Source: Bacillota bacterium
GTDB taxonomy: Bacteria > Patescibacteriota > Minisyncoccia > Phycocordibacterales > Phycocordibacteraceae
Direction: 5' to 3'
Assembly (NCBI GenBank): GCA_050260455.1
Contig: JBLNCF010000012.1
Location: 58,236 to 122,235 of the forward strand
Length of the DNA: 64,000 nt
Position 1 is the first letter of the stretch. The number at the start of each line of letters is the position of its first letter. Below the pieces are notes generated by a model. That model saw only the letters and a program-made list of their open reading frames with translations, was not told the origin of the DNA and ran no database searches. Of the stretch, positions 9,950 to 19,999 are shown piece after piece. The translations under genes were made by a program, and so were the position numbers.

Positions 9950-10651
9950 ATGAGGACCCACCGCGAACTTCACACCGCTCCGATTGCGGGCAAGCTGAAT
10001 TGGCTGCGTGCGGCGGTGCTGGGTGCAAACGATGGCATCGTCTCACTTGCTGCACTTGTAGTTGGAGTTGCCGGAGCATCCGTCCCGTCAGGAGTGATAT
10101 TTGTGACGGGTATCGCGGGGCTTCTGGCAGGTGCCTTTTCCATGGCGGTGGGTGAGTACGTATCGGTGAGTAGCCAACGCGATGCCGAACGAGCGCTGCT
10201 CGATAAGGAACGCTACGAGCTTGAGCACTATGCCGGACCCGAACTCGATGAACTCACCTCCCTCTACGAAAAGAAAGGACTTAATCCTGGCACGGCGCGT
10301 ACTGTGGCCGAAGAACTCACTGCCCATGATGTCTTTGCAGCGCACGCGGAAGCTGAGCTTGGTATTAACCCTAAAGAACTCACGAATCCGTGGCATGCTG
10401 CCGGCGCGTCAGCGGCTGCGTTTACGGTAGGTGCCCTTATTCCGCTCCTCGCAATACTCATTCCGCCCGCGCCGCTTCGCATACCGGTCACATTCGCCGC
10501 AGTGCTCGTAGCTCTTACAATTACTGGGGTAGTAAGCGCGCGTGCCACCGGGGTAAAAACCATACCCGCAACACTTCGGGTACTTATCGGTGGTATCCTT
10601 GCGATGGCCATCACCTTCCTGATTGGGCGGCTGTTTGAAGGAGCGGCATAA
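9950..10651 (+). CDS. VIT1/CCC1 family Fe/Mn transporter
   Basis: LRAAVLGANDGIVS and SMAVGEYVSVSSQRD. Confidence 0.92.
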   Translation: MRTHRELHTAPIAGKLNWLRAAVLGANDGIVSLAALVVGVAGASVPSGVIFVTGIAGLLAGAFSMAVGEYVSVSSQRDAERALLDKERYELEHYAGPELDELTSLYEKKGLNPGTARTVAEELTAHDVFAAHAEAELGINPKELTNPWHAAGASAAAFTVGALIPLLAILIPPAPLRIPVTFAAVLVALTITGVVSARATGVKTIPATLRVLIGGILAMAITFLIGRLFEGAA

Positions 10652-10653
10652 GC

Positions 10654-11217
10654 ATGGAAACAGACGAGTCGCTTGCTAGTCGGGTTCAGCAGGGAGACGA
10701 TCAGGCGCTCGGGGAACTCATAGAACGTTACGAAAAGAAACTATTACGGTACGGTTCTCGTTTCTTGGGGAGTCAGGGAGAAGATGCAGTTGTACAAGCG
10801 GTCCAGGACATTTTCATTCGGGTTTATCAGAACATTGCATCATTCGATACGCGTCAACGGTTTTCGCCCTGGATTTATCGGGTTGCACACAATACCTTTG
10901 TGAGCATTCTTCGCCAACGGACGCGTCAACCCGTGTACGGTATTGATTTCGATAGCTTCTTTCCGCATCCGGTACATGAAGATTCCGAGCGCCGAGAGAA
11001 AGAACATGCAGAAATCCGCGTAGTAGTAGAGGCGGCACTCTCCTCCTTGTCTGCCGCACATCGTGAAATTATCGTCCTATACTATTTTGAGGAACTCTCG
11101 TATCAGGAAATCGCCGATGTGCTCCGTATCCCGGTCAGCACGGTAGGGGTGCGGCTATCGCGCGCTCGTGAACGGCTGAAGCGAATCCTTCCCGAGAGTT
11201 CTGAACTGCCCCTATGA
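10654..11217 (+). CDS. ECF sigma-70 factor
   Basis: Region 2 (QDIFIRVY, FSPWIYRVAHN) and region 4 (LSYQEIADVL.IPVSTVGVRLSRAR). Confidence 0.92.
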   Translation: METDESLASRVQQGDDQALGELIERYEKKLLRYGSRFLGSQGEDAVVQAVQDIFIRVYQNIASFDTRQRFSPWIYRVAHNTFVSILRQRTRQPVYGIDFDSFFPHPVHEDSERREKEHAEIRVVVEAALSSLSAAHREIIVLYYFEELSYQEIADVLRIPVSTVGVRLSRARERLKRILPESSELPL

Positions 11218-11927
11218 CGGACCACCCCAACAATTCGATACGAAGTACCGTACTTGAAAAGATACGGGAGGGGACGGTGCGTCGCCGACCGCGCGCGTAT
11301 TTTGTGGCGCGCATCGTAGCAACCGTGCTGGTAGCTATACTCCTCCTTGCCACGTCGGGGGTCGTCATTAGTTTCATTCTTTTCAGCTTGCATGAGAGCG
11401 GTGAACAGTTCTTGCTCGGGTTCGGTACCCGGGGAGTGCTCACATTCCTCACACTCTTTCCGTGGACCTGGGGAGTAGGTGCTGTGTTCCTCATCATCAT
11501 CCTCGATTGGCTCATACGTGGATTTCGGTTTGCGTATCGCATACCGCTCATGCCTATCTTCCTTGGCACTGTCGTGGCTAGCGTAATTCTCGGCATCGTA
11601 TTAAACCTCACACCGCTACACGCCACGCTTCTTCGGGAGGCGCATGAGCGTCAACTACCCGTTGTTGAAGATGTGTACGGCCATATATTTGATTCACACG
11701 AGCGGAAGGGAGTGTATCGCGGCTCCGTGATTTCTGTAGCGACAAGCACCTTCACACTTCAACACAATGATTGGGATCATGATCCCGATGACGGCATATT
11801 CACCATATTTGTGTCCCCGGAGAGCGGCATCCTGTTGCCACGTGTTGGAGACAAGGTGTTTGTTCTAGGAACGCTCGAAGAGGGGGTGATAGAAGCAAAG
11901 AACATCCAGATTTTCACATCTCGGTGA
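11214..11927 (+). CDS. Membrane protein, candidate anti-sigma factor
   Basis: ATGA overlap with the sigma gene; 3 TM helices plus an OB-like C-terminal domain. Confidence 0.6.
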   Translation: MTDHPNNSIRSTVLEKIREGTVRRRPRAYFVARIVATVLVAILLLATSGVVISFILFSLHESGEQFLLGFGTRGVLTFLTLFPWTWGVGAVFLIIILDWLIRGFRFAYRIPLMPIFLGTVVASVILGIVLNLTPLHATLLREAHERQLPVVEDVYGHIFDSHERKGVYRGSVISVATSTFTLQHNDWDHDPDDGIFTIFVSPESGILLPRVGDKVFVLGTLEEGVIEAKNIQIFTSR

Positions 11928-11930
11928 GGA

Positions 11931-11956
11931 TGTAATAAAGTCAGAAATCGTGCGTA
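11931..11956 (+). promoter_or_regulatory. Putative ECF-type promoter of the flavinylation operon
   Basis: TGTAAT-N16-CGTA, similar to the SigW-type TGAAAC-N16-CGTA. Confidence 0.45.
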
Positions 11957-11978
11957 CTAAAGGGGTACCAGATACCCT

Positions 11979-12527
11979 ATGAAGAAATTCATCATCTCCG
12001 CTCTGTTTTTGCTTGGATTTGGATCGTATGCGATTTATAACCACACATCAGCCAAGCAGGCGAATGGCCTTGGTGTCGATGTAGCAACCACCACTTCGCT
12101 TGCTGTCGTGCCAACGGAAACCGACTCGACCTCTGCCGCTCCATCGAAACCCGTATCAAGCGCTCAACCACCAACGCGGCCGGTGACGAAGCCGTCAGCT
12201 CCGACTCCTGCACCTGTTCCAGAAACTCCGCGTCCTACGGGGAAGTATGTGGATGGCGTATATACGGGGAATGCGGCAGATGCGTATTACGGATATGTGC
12301 AAGTGCGCGCCACCATTTCGGGAGGTAAGTTGACGAATATTGCATTCCTGCAGTATCCAAATGACCGTCAGACTTCCGTCTATATTAGCCAGCAGGCTCT
12401 TCCGATGCTTCGTACCGAGGCGATAGAAGCTCAGAGCGCGAACGTCGATGGTGTCTCCGGTGCCTCGGATACCAGCCAAGCATTCGTCGAGTCACTCGGT
12501 TCTGCACTTGCTCAAGCCAAGGCATAG
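11979..12527 (+). CDS. Extracytosolic FMN-binding domain protein (flavinylation substrate)
   Basis: Membrane anchor, Pro/Thr linker, YVDGVYTG, and the DGVSGAS [S/T]GA[S/T] motif. Confidence 0.88.
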   Translation: MKKFIISALFLLGFGSYAIYNHTSAKQANGLGVDVATTTSLAVVPTETDSTSAAPSKPVSSAQPPTRPVTKPSAPTPAPVPETPRPTGKYVDGVYTGNAADAYYGYVQVRATISGGKLTNIAFLQYPNDRQTSVYISQQALPMLRTEAIEAQSANVDGVSGASDTSQAFVESLGSALAQAKA

Positions 12528-12531
12528 CGGT

Positions 12532-13275
12532 ATGCGCGAAACACGCTCAATTATGGGCATGCCGGTGGTGCTTGAGATTGTAGGAGGAGCTCCTTCTTCG
12601 GAGTATGACGGAGTTTTCTCTTTCCTTCGAGAGGTGGATGAGCGCTTTAGTACCTATAAGGAGGGTAGTGAAGTGTCGCGGATCAATCGAGGAGAAATTG
12701 AACCGGATGCCTATAGCTCCGAACTTACAGAAATACTTGAACGGGCTGAAGAAACGAAACGCATAACAGGCGGATACTTTGATGTATATACACCTGATGG
12801 AACACTCGATCCTTCTGGACTGGTGAAAGGATGGGCAATCCAGCGTGCGGCCGAACTCCTACGCAGTCGTGGACTCGATCAATTCTATTTAGAGATTGCT
12901 GGAGATATCCAGACGAGCGGCATGAATCGCGATGGAAAAGAATGGAGTATTGGCATTCGTAATCCATTCGCATCCGAGGAGGTGGTGAAGGTGGTGTATC
13001 CGCATGGCAGGGGTGTCGCCACCTCGGGTACCTATGTACGAGGCGCACATATTTATGATCCGCATGCGGGCACGACCGCATCTGATGCGTTCGTGAGCCT
13101 CACCGTGATCGGTCCTAACGTATATGAGGCAGATAGGTTGGCGACGGCCGCATTTGCCATGGGTGAGCGGGGTATCGAATTCCTCGAGCGGTTCGGGGGA
13201 TGCGAAGCATACGCCATTACTCCCTCCGGCACCGCTGTTATGACGAGCGGATTTGAAGCATACACTTCTCTATGA
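12532..13275 (+). CDS. apbE: FAD:protein FMN transferase
   Basis: MG..., FSTYK..SE.SRIN, DPSGLVKGWA, ATSG.Y.RG.HI.DP and AD.LATA; no signal peptide. Confidence 0.88.
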   Translation: MRETRSIMGMPVVLEIVGGAPSSEYDGVFSFLREVDERFSTYKEGSEVSRINRGEIEPDAYSSELTEILERAEETKRITGGYFDVYTPDGTLDPSGLVKGWAIQRAAELLRSRGLDQFYLEIAGDIQTSGMNRDGKEWSIGIRNPFASEEVVKVVYPHGRGVATSGTYVRGAHIYDPHAGTTASDAFVSLTVIGPNVYEADRLATAAFAMGERGIEFLERFGGCEAYAITPSGTAVMTSGFEAYTSL

Positions 13276-14771
13276 TGCGCTTCATTGACTCGATCCTGAA
13301 CCGGATAACGATGTACCGGCTCGTGTTGTATGAACTGCTGATGCTTCTCGGTGTAGCTGTCCTGTTCGGTGCATTCCATTTCCTGCCGTACAGTCCGCTG
13401 TACATTGCGTATTCTGCGATTCTTATATTCGCAGTGACCTGGATCACCAATGAGATCTTCGCACTTGCATTCGATGCGCCTTCAAATCCAGAGTCCACCT
13501 ACATCACGGCGCTCATTCTCGCGCTCATCATCTCGCCGCCGCAAGCGTTCTGGGATCCGCACTATTTCATGCTTGCAGGCTGGGCTGCAGCACTTGCCGC
13601 TGCTTCCAAATATATTTTTGCGATACGTCACAAGCATCTCTTTAATCCAGCGGCGTTTGGTGTCGCCCTTCCGGCGCTTACGCTCGGCGTGGGTGCAAGT
13701 TGGTGGGTAGGTACGCTTTCTATGCTGCCGTTCGTAACTGTCGGGGGCTTCCTCGTCGCACGAAAGATACGGCGTCTTGACCTCGTACTTGCTTTCGGGG
13801 CATCGGTCGTGGTGACCATTCTGTTTTTGAGTGCGGGAGAAGGTTCTGGTGCACTGCATATTGTGAAGCAGGCGCTCCTGTATTCTCCGGCGGTGTTCTT
13901 GGGTACGGTCATGCTTACCGAACCACTCACTATGCCACCAGGGCGTTTTAACCGGGTGTGGTATGCGGTTCTGGTAGGATTCCTCTTTGCGCCTGAAGTG
14001 CACATTGGCACGTTCTATTTCACTCCCGAACTCGCATTGCTTGCAGGAAATATCGTTGCATACGTGATGAGTCCAAAAGGGAAGCATACCCTTACCCTCG
14101 TCGACCGCGTTCGCACTTCTTCGGGCACCTATGAGTTCGTATTTCAACCCGATGAGCATTTCGCATTCTCTGCGGGCCAGTATCTCGAGTGGACGCTCCC
14201 GCACCAACACGCGGATAGTCGTGGTATCCGTCGATACTTCACCATTGCCTCTGCTCCGTCTGACCCTTTTATACGGCTCGGCGTTAAATTCTATGATCCG
14301 ATGAGTACCTACAAAGGGCGATTACTCGCCATGAAGAAGGGTGACATTATCATTGCTTCGCAGGTGGCAGGAGATTTCGTTCTTCCATCCGATTCTGGTC
14401 GCAAGCTAGCGTTCATTGCGGGAGGTATTGGCATTACCCCTTTCCGTAGCATGCTGAACGAGTTGCGCGCCCGGGGTGAAAAGCGCGACATTGTTTTACT
14501 GTATTCCAATCGAAGTCGGCAGGAGACTCCGTATCTTGCCGACCTAGCGGAAGCCGAAAGCGAGCTTGGCATCCAGGTAGTTCCGGTATATACGGATACA
14601 GAAGGCCAACTTACGCCCGCACTCATTGCTCGCTATATACCTGATTACCAAGAACGCTTCTTCTATCTTTCTGGACCTCAAGGAATGGTGACCGGGTTCG
14701 ACCGGATGCTCCGTTCGATCGGTGTCTCCTGGCATCGCATCAAGAAGGACTACTTCCCTGGTTTTGCATAG
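13272..14771 (+). CDS. RnfD/NqrB-like membrane domain fused to an FNR-type FAD/NAD(P)H oxidoreductase
   Basis: KHLFNPAA and MLTEPLT in the TM part; RYFTIAS, AGGIGITPFRSM and YLSGP in the C-terminal part. Confidence 0.82.
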   Translation: MMRFIDSILNRITMYRLVLYELLMLLGVAVLFGAFHFLPYSPLYIAYSAILIFAVTWITNEIFALAFDAPSNPESTYITALILALIISPPQAFWDPHYFMLAGWAAALAAASKYIFAIRHKHLFNPAAFGVALPALTLGVGASWWVGTLSMLPFVTVGGFLVARKIRRLDLVLAFGASVVVTILFLSAGEGSGALHIVKQALLYSPAVFLGTVMLTEPLTMPPGRFNRVWYAVLVGFLFAPEVHIGTFYFTPELALLAGNIVAYVMSPKGKHTLTLVDRVRTSSGTYEFVFQPDEHFAFSAGQYLEWTLPHQHADSRGIRRYFTIASAPSDPFIRLGVKFYDPMSTYKGRLLAMKKGDIIIASQVAGDFVLPSDSGRKLAFIAGGIGITPFRSMLNELRARGEKRDIVLLYSNRSRQETPYLADLAEAESELGIQVVPVYTDTEGQLTPALIARYIPDYQERFFYLSGPQGMVTGFDRMLRSIGVSWHRIKKDYFPGFA

Positions 14772-14825
14772 TTGCGGCGTCAGCTGCCCATGCTTTAATG
14801 CGATCGGTAGCGAAAGGAGGCGACC

Positions 14826-15080
14826 ATGAATAGTACCTATTCCGGCGCCTCCCGGCGCTTTAGACAAGTCCGCGACGCTCAACGAGGGCCGCACCGAGGA
14901 GCTCTTTCGGCTCCCGATCGGCTTGAAGAAGAGTTCGCTGTCGGCGATGTGGTCGAAGTAAAGTTGACCAAACTTAAGACGAAAGTACGCGTAAAAACAG
15001 CGTGGAAAGATTATGAAGTTGAAGGGGTTACCGGATACTATTCGGCACGACAGCTTCGATTGATACAAAAAGCCCGCTAG
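14826..15080 (+). CDS. Hypothetical protein with a KOW/SH3-like C-terminus (SD-led cassette)
   Basis: SD AAGGAGG; FAVGDVVEVK; terminator GAGCCTG-cgacc-CAGGCTCTTTT. Confidence 0.55.
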   Translation: MNSTYSGASRRFRQVRDAQRGPHRGALSAPDRLEEEFAVGDVVEVKLTKLKTKVRVKTAWKDYEVEGVTGYYSARQLRLIQKAR

Positions 15081-15146
15081 GAGAGCCTGCGACCCAGGCT
15101 CTTTTGCGTTCGGAGTCCGGCAAGTGTTTTATGGTACCCTCGATAT

Positions 15147-15668
15147 ATGGAAGACTCTCGCGGCTTTACGCTTATCGAACTACTCATTGTCATCGCCATC
15201 ATAGGAATCATTTCATCCGTAGTGGTGGCATCACTCGTCCTCACACGGCCCCGTGCACGTGACGCGGAACGGCTTTCAGATCTCCGTCAAATACGCATTG
15301 CACTTTCGTTGTACTACTCGACCTATAAGAAATTTCCGTACTGTCTGTCTGGGTGCACCGGAGCGCTCGACACTACTTCATATATGCCGAATGTACCCAA
15401 GGATCCGAAAACTGGCAGGGATTATAACTATGCCGCGTTAGCTCCTGGTTGTCTGACCTATCATCTCGGAGCACCGCTTGAAGATAAGAGTAACCGTGCT
15501 CTTCTCACTGATTCGGATGCGCCCTCTCAAGCACGCTGTTCTGATCAGAGCAGCTCTGATTTCTCTGGTACGTCCTACTACACTGGGGGTGTGTGCACGG
15601 GATCGACCGGGACTCCGCAGCCTACGACGGCAGGGAATGGTGAGAATTGCTATGATATCGTTCCCTAA
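15147..15668 (+). CDS. Type IV pilin / GspG-like protein
   Basis: Prepilin site RG-FTLIELLIVIAIIG; ARDAERLSDL; PKDP. Confidence 0.88.
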   Translation: MEDSRGFTLIELLIVIAIIGIISSVVVASLVLTRPRARDAERLSDLRQIRIALSLYYSTYKKFPYCLSGCTGALDTTSYMPNVPKDPKTGRDYNYAALAPGCLTYHLGAPLEDKSNRALLTDSDAPSQARCSDQSSSDFSGTSYYTGGVCTGSTGTPQPTTAGNGENCYDIVP

Positions 15669-15671
15669 TAT

Positions 15672-16061
15672 ATGACCCGCACCATCGCCATCATCCTGCT
15701 CGTTCTCGCGCTCATTGGCGCATTGATCTGGATATCAGAGCGCCAGGAATTCGGTAATGACGCGAAGGCCCCGTCGGTATCTCCTGGCTGCAGAGTGGGG
15801 GAGTGTCCGTTTGAAATCACCGAGGCGGATTCAGGTAAAACATTTACCTATACTGTCACGTCCCGCTTCACGCTCATTCTTGATGAAACGAAGCACCCGC
15901 AGCAGGAGCTTTCCTGTGTGCCTGCAGGTATCTTAGGAAGTATCTCGAACATTCCTGCGGTTTCGCCGCCCTCTTATGCGGCACGGTTTGAAGGAGTTGC
16001 TCCAGGTACCTGTACGTTTTCGGATCGGGATTTTACGGCCACCATTACCATCGTGCCGTAG
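15672..16061 (+). CDS. Membrane-anchored Ig/chagasin-like beta protein
   Basis: N-terminal TM; ITEADSGKTF; beta-rich with Cys residues. Confidence 0.6.
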   Translation: MTRTIAIILLVLALIGALIWISERQEFGNDAKAPSVSPGCRVGECPFEITEADSGKTFTYTVTSRFTLILDETKHPQQELSCVPAGILGSISNIPAVSPPSYAARFEGVAPGTCTFSDRDFTATITIVP

Positions 16062-16117
16062 ACGGTTCAGGGAAGCGTCAGATTGCCTAGGTGAGAATGC
16101 AGTGATAGAACCGATAT

Positions 16118-17587
16118 ATGGATTCGAAGAATAAATACCCGATTTTAGGCGGCATCTTGCTCGCCATGTTGCTTGCGGCCATGGATCAGACCATCGTTTC
16201 GACAGCAATGCCGCAGATCGTGCGGGAGCTTAACGGTCTTGAGCACCTCTCTTGGGTGTTCACGGCATACATGCTTGCAAGCACCCTCACCACCCCTATT
16301 TACGGCAAGCTCTCCGACATGTTCGGACGTCGTACGCTCTATATTGTCGCCATCGTCATTTTCCTTGGCGGTTCTATCCTTTCCGGTGCGGCGCACTCGA
16401 TGCTGCAGCTCATTCTCTTCCGCGGGTTGCAGGGTATTGGTGGCGGAGCCATCATGGTGACCTCTTTTGCGCTCATTGCGGATGTCTTTCCGCCTGCAGA
16501 ACGTGGCAAGTACCAAGGCATCATTGGTGCTGCCTTTGGTATCGCTTCCGTGGTGGGCCCGCTTCTTGGTGGATGGATTACCGATAATGTGTCGTGGCGT
16601 TGGGTCTTCTATGTGAATATTCCGCTCGCCATCCTCGCCATTGTCGTCTTGCTTGCCACTTTGCCACGCACCGAGCGTCATCATGACAACGCCAAGATCG
16701 ACTATCTCGGCGCATTCCTGCTCATGACGACGCTCATGCCGTTCCTGTTGGCAATGGTGTGGGGTGGAAGCACCTACGCCTGGGATTCGCGAGAGATACT
16801 CGCGCTCTTCGGTCTCTCGTTCATCTCACTCTTCTTCTTCGTGTGGCGTGAGGAAAGTATTCCGCAGCCCATTCTCTCGCTCCGGCTGTTCGGCACAAAA
16901 GCGTTCAGCCTGTCCGTCATCACTACCTTCCTTACGGCTGCGGGCATGTTCGGTGCGATTGTGTACATTCCGCTCTTTGCGCAGACGGTGCTCCATGCCT
17001 CTGCGACTGATGCAGGTCTTGCACTTACGCCCATGATGATTGGTATTGTGGTGGCCTCGACCACAAGCGGGCAGATTATTTCGCGAACAGGGAAATATCG
17101 GTCACTTCTCATTGGTGCACTCTTCGTAGCCACCGTTGCGATGTTCTTTTTTGCTACGGTCTCGACCGCGACGACATCGTGGGGACTTGCGGTGCGTATG
17201 GTGTTCCTTGGTCTTGGTCTTGGTCCTACCATGTCCGCCTTCACGCTCATTGTGCAGAGCGCCTTTGATGCAAAGCGCACGGGAGAAGTAACCGCCACCA
17301 TTCAAATGTTCCGTTCCATCGGTAGCACCATCGGCACTGCGGCCATGGGCGGCATCATGAACGCAGCGCTTGCCTCGGGTCTCGCTGCTGGCATGACCCA
17401 GCCGGAAGCGTTCACGCACGCTATGGATCGAGTCTTCTTCATTGGAAGCTTCTTCCTTCTCGCTGCGTTTCTTTTGGTCTTCTTTATCCCGCAGATACAA
17501 CTGCGTCGCTCGAACCGTCCGGTACTCGAAGAGATCGGTATCGAGATGGAAGAGGACTTCGCTTCGCCCGTCAGTCCACGGCAGTAG
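16118..17587 (+). CDS. DHA2 (EmrB/QacA) MFS efflux transporter
   Basis: [28 protein letters not shown] and GPLLGG. Confidence 0.92.
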   Translation: MDSKNKYPILGGILLAMLLAAMDQTIVSTAMPQIVRELNGLEHLSWVFTAYMLASTLTTPIYGKLSDMFGRRTLYIVAIVIFLGGSILSGAAHSMLQLILFRGLQGIGGGAIMVTSFALIADVFPPAERGKYQGIIGAAFGIASVVGPLLGGWITDNVSWRWVFYVNIPLAILAIVVLLATLPRTERHHDNAKIDYLGAFLLMTTLMPFLLAMVWGGSTYAWDSREILALFGLSFISLFFFVWREESIPQPILSLRLFGTKAFSLSVITTFLTAAGMFGAIVYIPLFAQTVLHASATDAGLALTPMMIGIVVASTTSGQIISRTGKYRSLLIGALFVATVAMFFFATVSTATTSWGLAVRMVFLGLGLGPTMSAFTLIVQSAFDAKRTGEVTATIQMFRSIGSTIGTAAMGGIMNAALASGLAAGMTQPEAFTHAMDRVFFIGSFFLLAAFLLVFFIPQIQLRRSNRPVLEEIGIEMEEDFASPVSPRQ

Positions 17588-17623
17588 CTGCTCCTGCGGG
17601 CAGGTAGGGAGTACCATGCAGCT

Positions 17624-17881
17624 ATGAGCTACACGGTATATCTCCTTCAGTGCTCCGACGGTACTTTCTATACCGGCATCACGACGGACGTGGTACGTCG
17701 ACTCAAGGAACATAATGAGTCCTCCAAAGGAGCTGCATACACGAGAACACGTCGGCCGGTACTGCTCGTGTACGAAGAGCCGTGTTCTTCGCGTAGCGAT
17801 GCCTTGAAACGGGAATATGCCATCCGTACGTTACCTCGTGCACAGAAGGAGGAGCTCATGAACGCAACGGCTGGTCGGTAG
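17624..17881 (+). CDS. GIY-YIG nuclease (UPF0213-like)
   Basis: VYLLQCSDGTFYTGIT...RRLKEHN..KGA.YTR.RRPV...A.KRE. Confidence 0.9.
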   Translation: MSYTVYLLQCSDGTFYTGITTDVVRRLKEHNESSKGAAYTRTRRPVLLVYEEPCSSRSDALKREYAIRTLPRAQKEELMNATAGR

Positions 17882-18614
17882 GGCACCAGTAGCTCCATCG
17901 CCCGCGCCGGCCAGTCTTCTCTTTGGTTAGTTTGCCACCACAGTAGGGGCACGTGCCGCGTCCATGAACCTTCAGGTTTTTCCGTAGCACAAACTTCCGG
18001 CGCCATGCGAGGAATTGCTTGGAGAACGCTCGTGTCGTATCCACCAATTCCTCTCGCTGTTTCTTTGTGAGCGCACCTATCTTGGTGCGTGGGTTCTGCC
18101 GGACGATGGAGAGCACTTCGTTTTTGATAATATTCCCGACACCGGCAAAAATGTCCTGATCAAGGAGCACGTCTGCTACTTCCTCGTCGCCTTGTTTCGC
18201 GAGGAGCGCGAGCACTTTCTGTCGATCCCATTTCCGTGAGAGAATATCGATACTGAAATCGTAATCTCCTTTAGCGTTCTTCGATTCGATCGGTTTCACC
18301 GAGCAGTTGAACATGAGCACTTCGCCGTTTTCGAATGAAAAGGAAAGTCGTGGCTCGCGCGCACGGCGATAATCGCCGGTCACGACCACGCCTTCAATCT
18401 CCGCTTCATACGTCCCGAAGAGCATGAAATGGATGCGCACGGCTTCATCGGGGAACTGGAATACCAAATGTTTGCCCCACGAGAATATGTCCGTTACTTC
18501 TTTGCCAACATATCGAGCAGCTCCCACTTTCGTATTGCCGCTCGCTTCACGTACTATCCTGCCGCGAAGCGGACGCATCTGCTCTTCCGCAAGCTTGAGC
18601 GAGGGACCTTCCAT
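17856..18614 (-). CDS. nei: Fpg/Nei family DNA glycosylase (endonuclease VIII-like)
   Basis: GKHL, HFMLFG, LLDQ.IFAGVGNIIKNE (H2TH) and a C-terminal CPYC...CPTDQ finger; starts MEGP. Confidence 0.85.
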   Translation of the reverse strand: MEGPSLKLAEEQMRPLRGRIVREASGNTKVGAARYVGKEVTDIFSWGKHLVFQFPDEAVRIHFMLFGTYEAEIEGVVVTGDYRRAREPRLSFSFENGEVLMFNCSVKPIESKNAKGDYDFSIDILSRKWDRQKVLALLAKQGDEEVADVLLDQDIFAGVGNIIKNEVLSIVRQNPRTKIGALTKKQREELVDTTRAFSKQFLAWRRKFVLRKNLKVHGRGTCPYCGGKLTKEKTGRRGRWSYWCPTDQPLRS

Positions 18615-18654
18615 TAACGGGACGGTACGCTCATTGGCCTGAATCCGGAATGAA

Positions 18655-19995
18655 TCACGAGACCTCGCCTAGATACGGAAGAGAGAAGAGCTTTTTCATG
18701 CCCCGGCCGGAGAAGCGTTGTGGAGCGTTTTTCCGGAGCGACGCCGATGTGCCGTACTCGACATGCTGTTCAGCGTCAGTTTTCTCCACGATCGCTTGCA
18801 TAGAAGAGGCGAGAAAGATCGTATGCCGTCCGAACCGTTCCGAGAGTTCATCCACCTTCTCGAAGATCCGAGCCTTACCTGCGATTTTTGCTGGATCCGT
18901 AAAAAGATCAGGCTGGCGCTCTGCGTGCTCCGCAAGATGTGAAAGGGTTACCCCGGTGGTGCGATATGTTTCGCCCGGCCGCACGAGATCTTTCATGTGG
19001 CGCTCGATGACCGGCAGAATATCAGAGGGAACATTCGTGGGTCGTTCGAGGGTAAGTTCGCACACGCGGTATCGGAATGTTTCTTGGGTTTTCAGGAAGA
19101 ATGAAATACGTCTCGCAGACAATTCAAACCGTCGCGCTTTGGCACAGGCACCCTCGACATTCTTCGATAGTTGCGCGAAGAGAAACACGGGATCTTGCGA
19201 AGCGGGACGGAAAGTACGTGTTTTCTGAATGGACTGGTAGGTCTCCTTGGGATCGGTAACCAACTCATGGACTAGAGTCCCGTTCAACTCCTTCCATATG
19301 TCATGGATAGGTGCGGTTACGCGTTCTTCCACCCACCCTGCGGGCTTCCTCGCGAAATCAAGCGCGCTACGGATACCGAGCGTATTCAAGTAGCGCGCGG
19401 TATTCGGCCCAATACCCCAAATCTTATCGACGGACGTACTTGCCAGGTATCGATCCTTCTCGGACAGCGGGATGGCGGTGAAGCCGTTTGGCTTTCTATA
19501 CTTCGAGCCGACCTTGGCGAGCACTTTCGTGGGTGCGAGACCGACACCGAAGGTGATGTTGAGTTCGCGGGTGAGATCCGCCTGGATGTCACGAGCGATG
19601 GCCTCGTAAGATTTATGGAATTTGCGACGCAGGCCGGTGAGCTCACCGAAGCATTCATCGATACCGTATTCCTCTACGATGGGCGTATAGCGGCGCATGA
19701 TTGCGTACATACGCTCCGAGTAGAGTCCGTAGGTCTCATAATCCGATTCGATAACCACGAGATCGGGACAGATGCGCTTTGCTTCCGCGAGCGACACACC
19801 ACGCTTCACGCCCAACGCTTTAGCTTCATACGTGGCGGCCGATACGATACCGCGTTCGGCACCGGTGGCTACCGGTTTTCCTTTTAGGGCAGGGTTCTTT
19901 GCTACCTCGCAGGCCGCGAAGAAAGAGTCACCATCCACGTGGATGATGGCGCGTGGGTAATAGTAATTCTTTTCCCATCCGACCTCTGTCGGCAT
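18655..19995 (-). CDS. dinB: Y-family DNA polymerase (DinB/UmuC-like)
   Basis: HVDGDSFFA, AATYEAK, YGIDE, LAK...KPNG and IWGIG. Confidence 0.9.
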   Translation of the reverse strand: MPTEVGWEKNYYYPRAIIHVDGDSFFAACEVAKNPALKGKPVATGAERGIVSAATYEAKALGVKRGVSLAEAKRICPDLVVIESDYETYGLYSERMYAIMRRYTPIVEEYGIDECFGELTGLRRKFHKSYEAIARDIQADLTRELNITFGVGLAPTKVLAKVGSKYRKPNGFTAIPLSEKDRYLASTSVDKIWGIGPNTARYLNTLGIRSALDFARKPAGWVEERVTAPIHDIWKELNGTLVHELVTDPKETYQSIQKTRTFRPASQDPVFLFAQLSKNVEGACAKARRFELSARRISFFLKTQETFRYRVCELTLERPTNVPSDILPVIERHMKDLVRPGETYRTTGVTLSHLAEHAERQPDLFTDPAKIAGKARIFEKVDELSERFGRHTIFLASSMQAIVEKTDAEQHVEYGTSASLRKNAPQRFSGRGMKKLFSLPYLGEVS

Positions 19996-19999
19996 AGCA

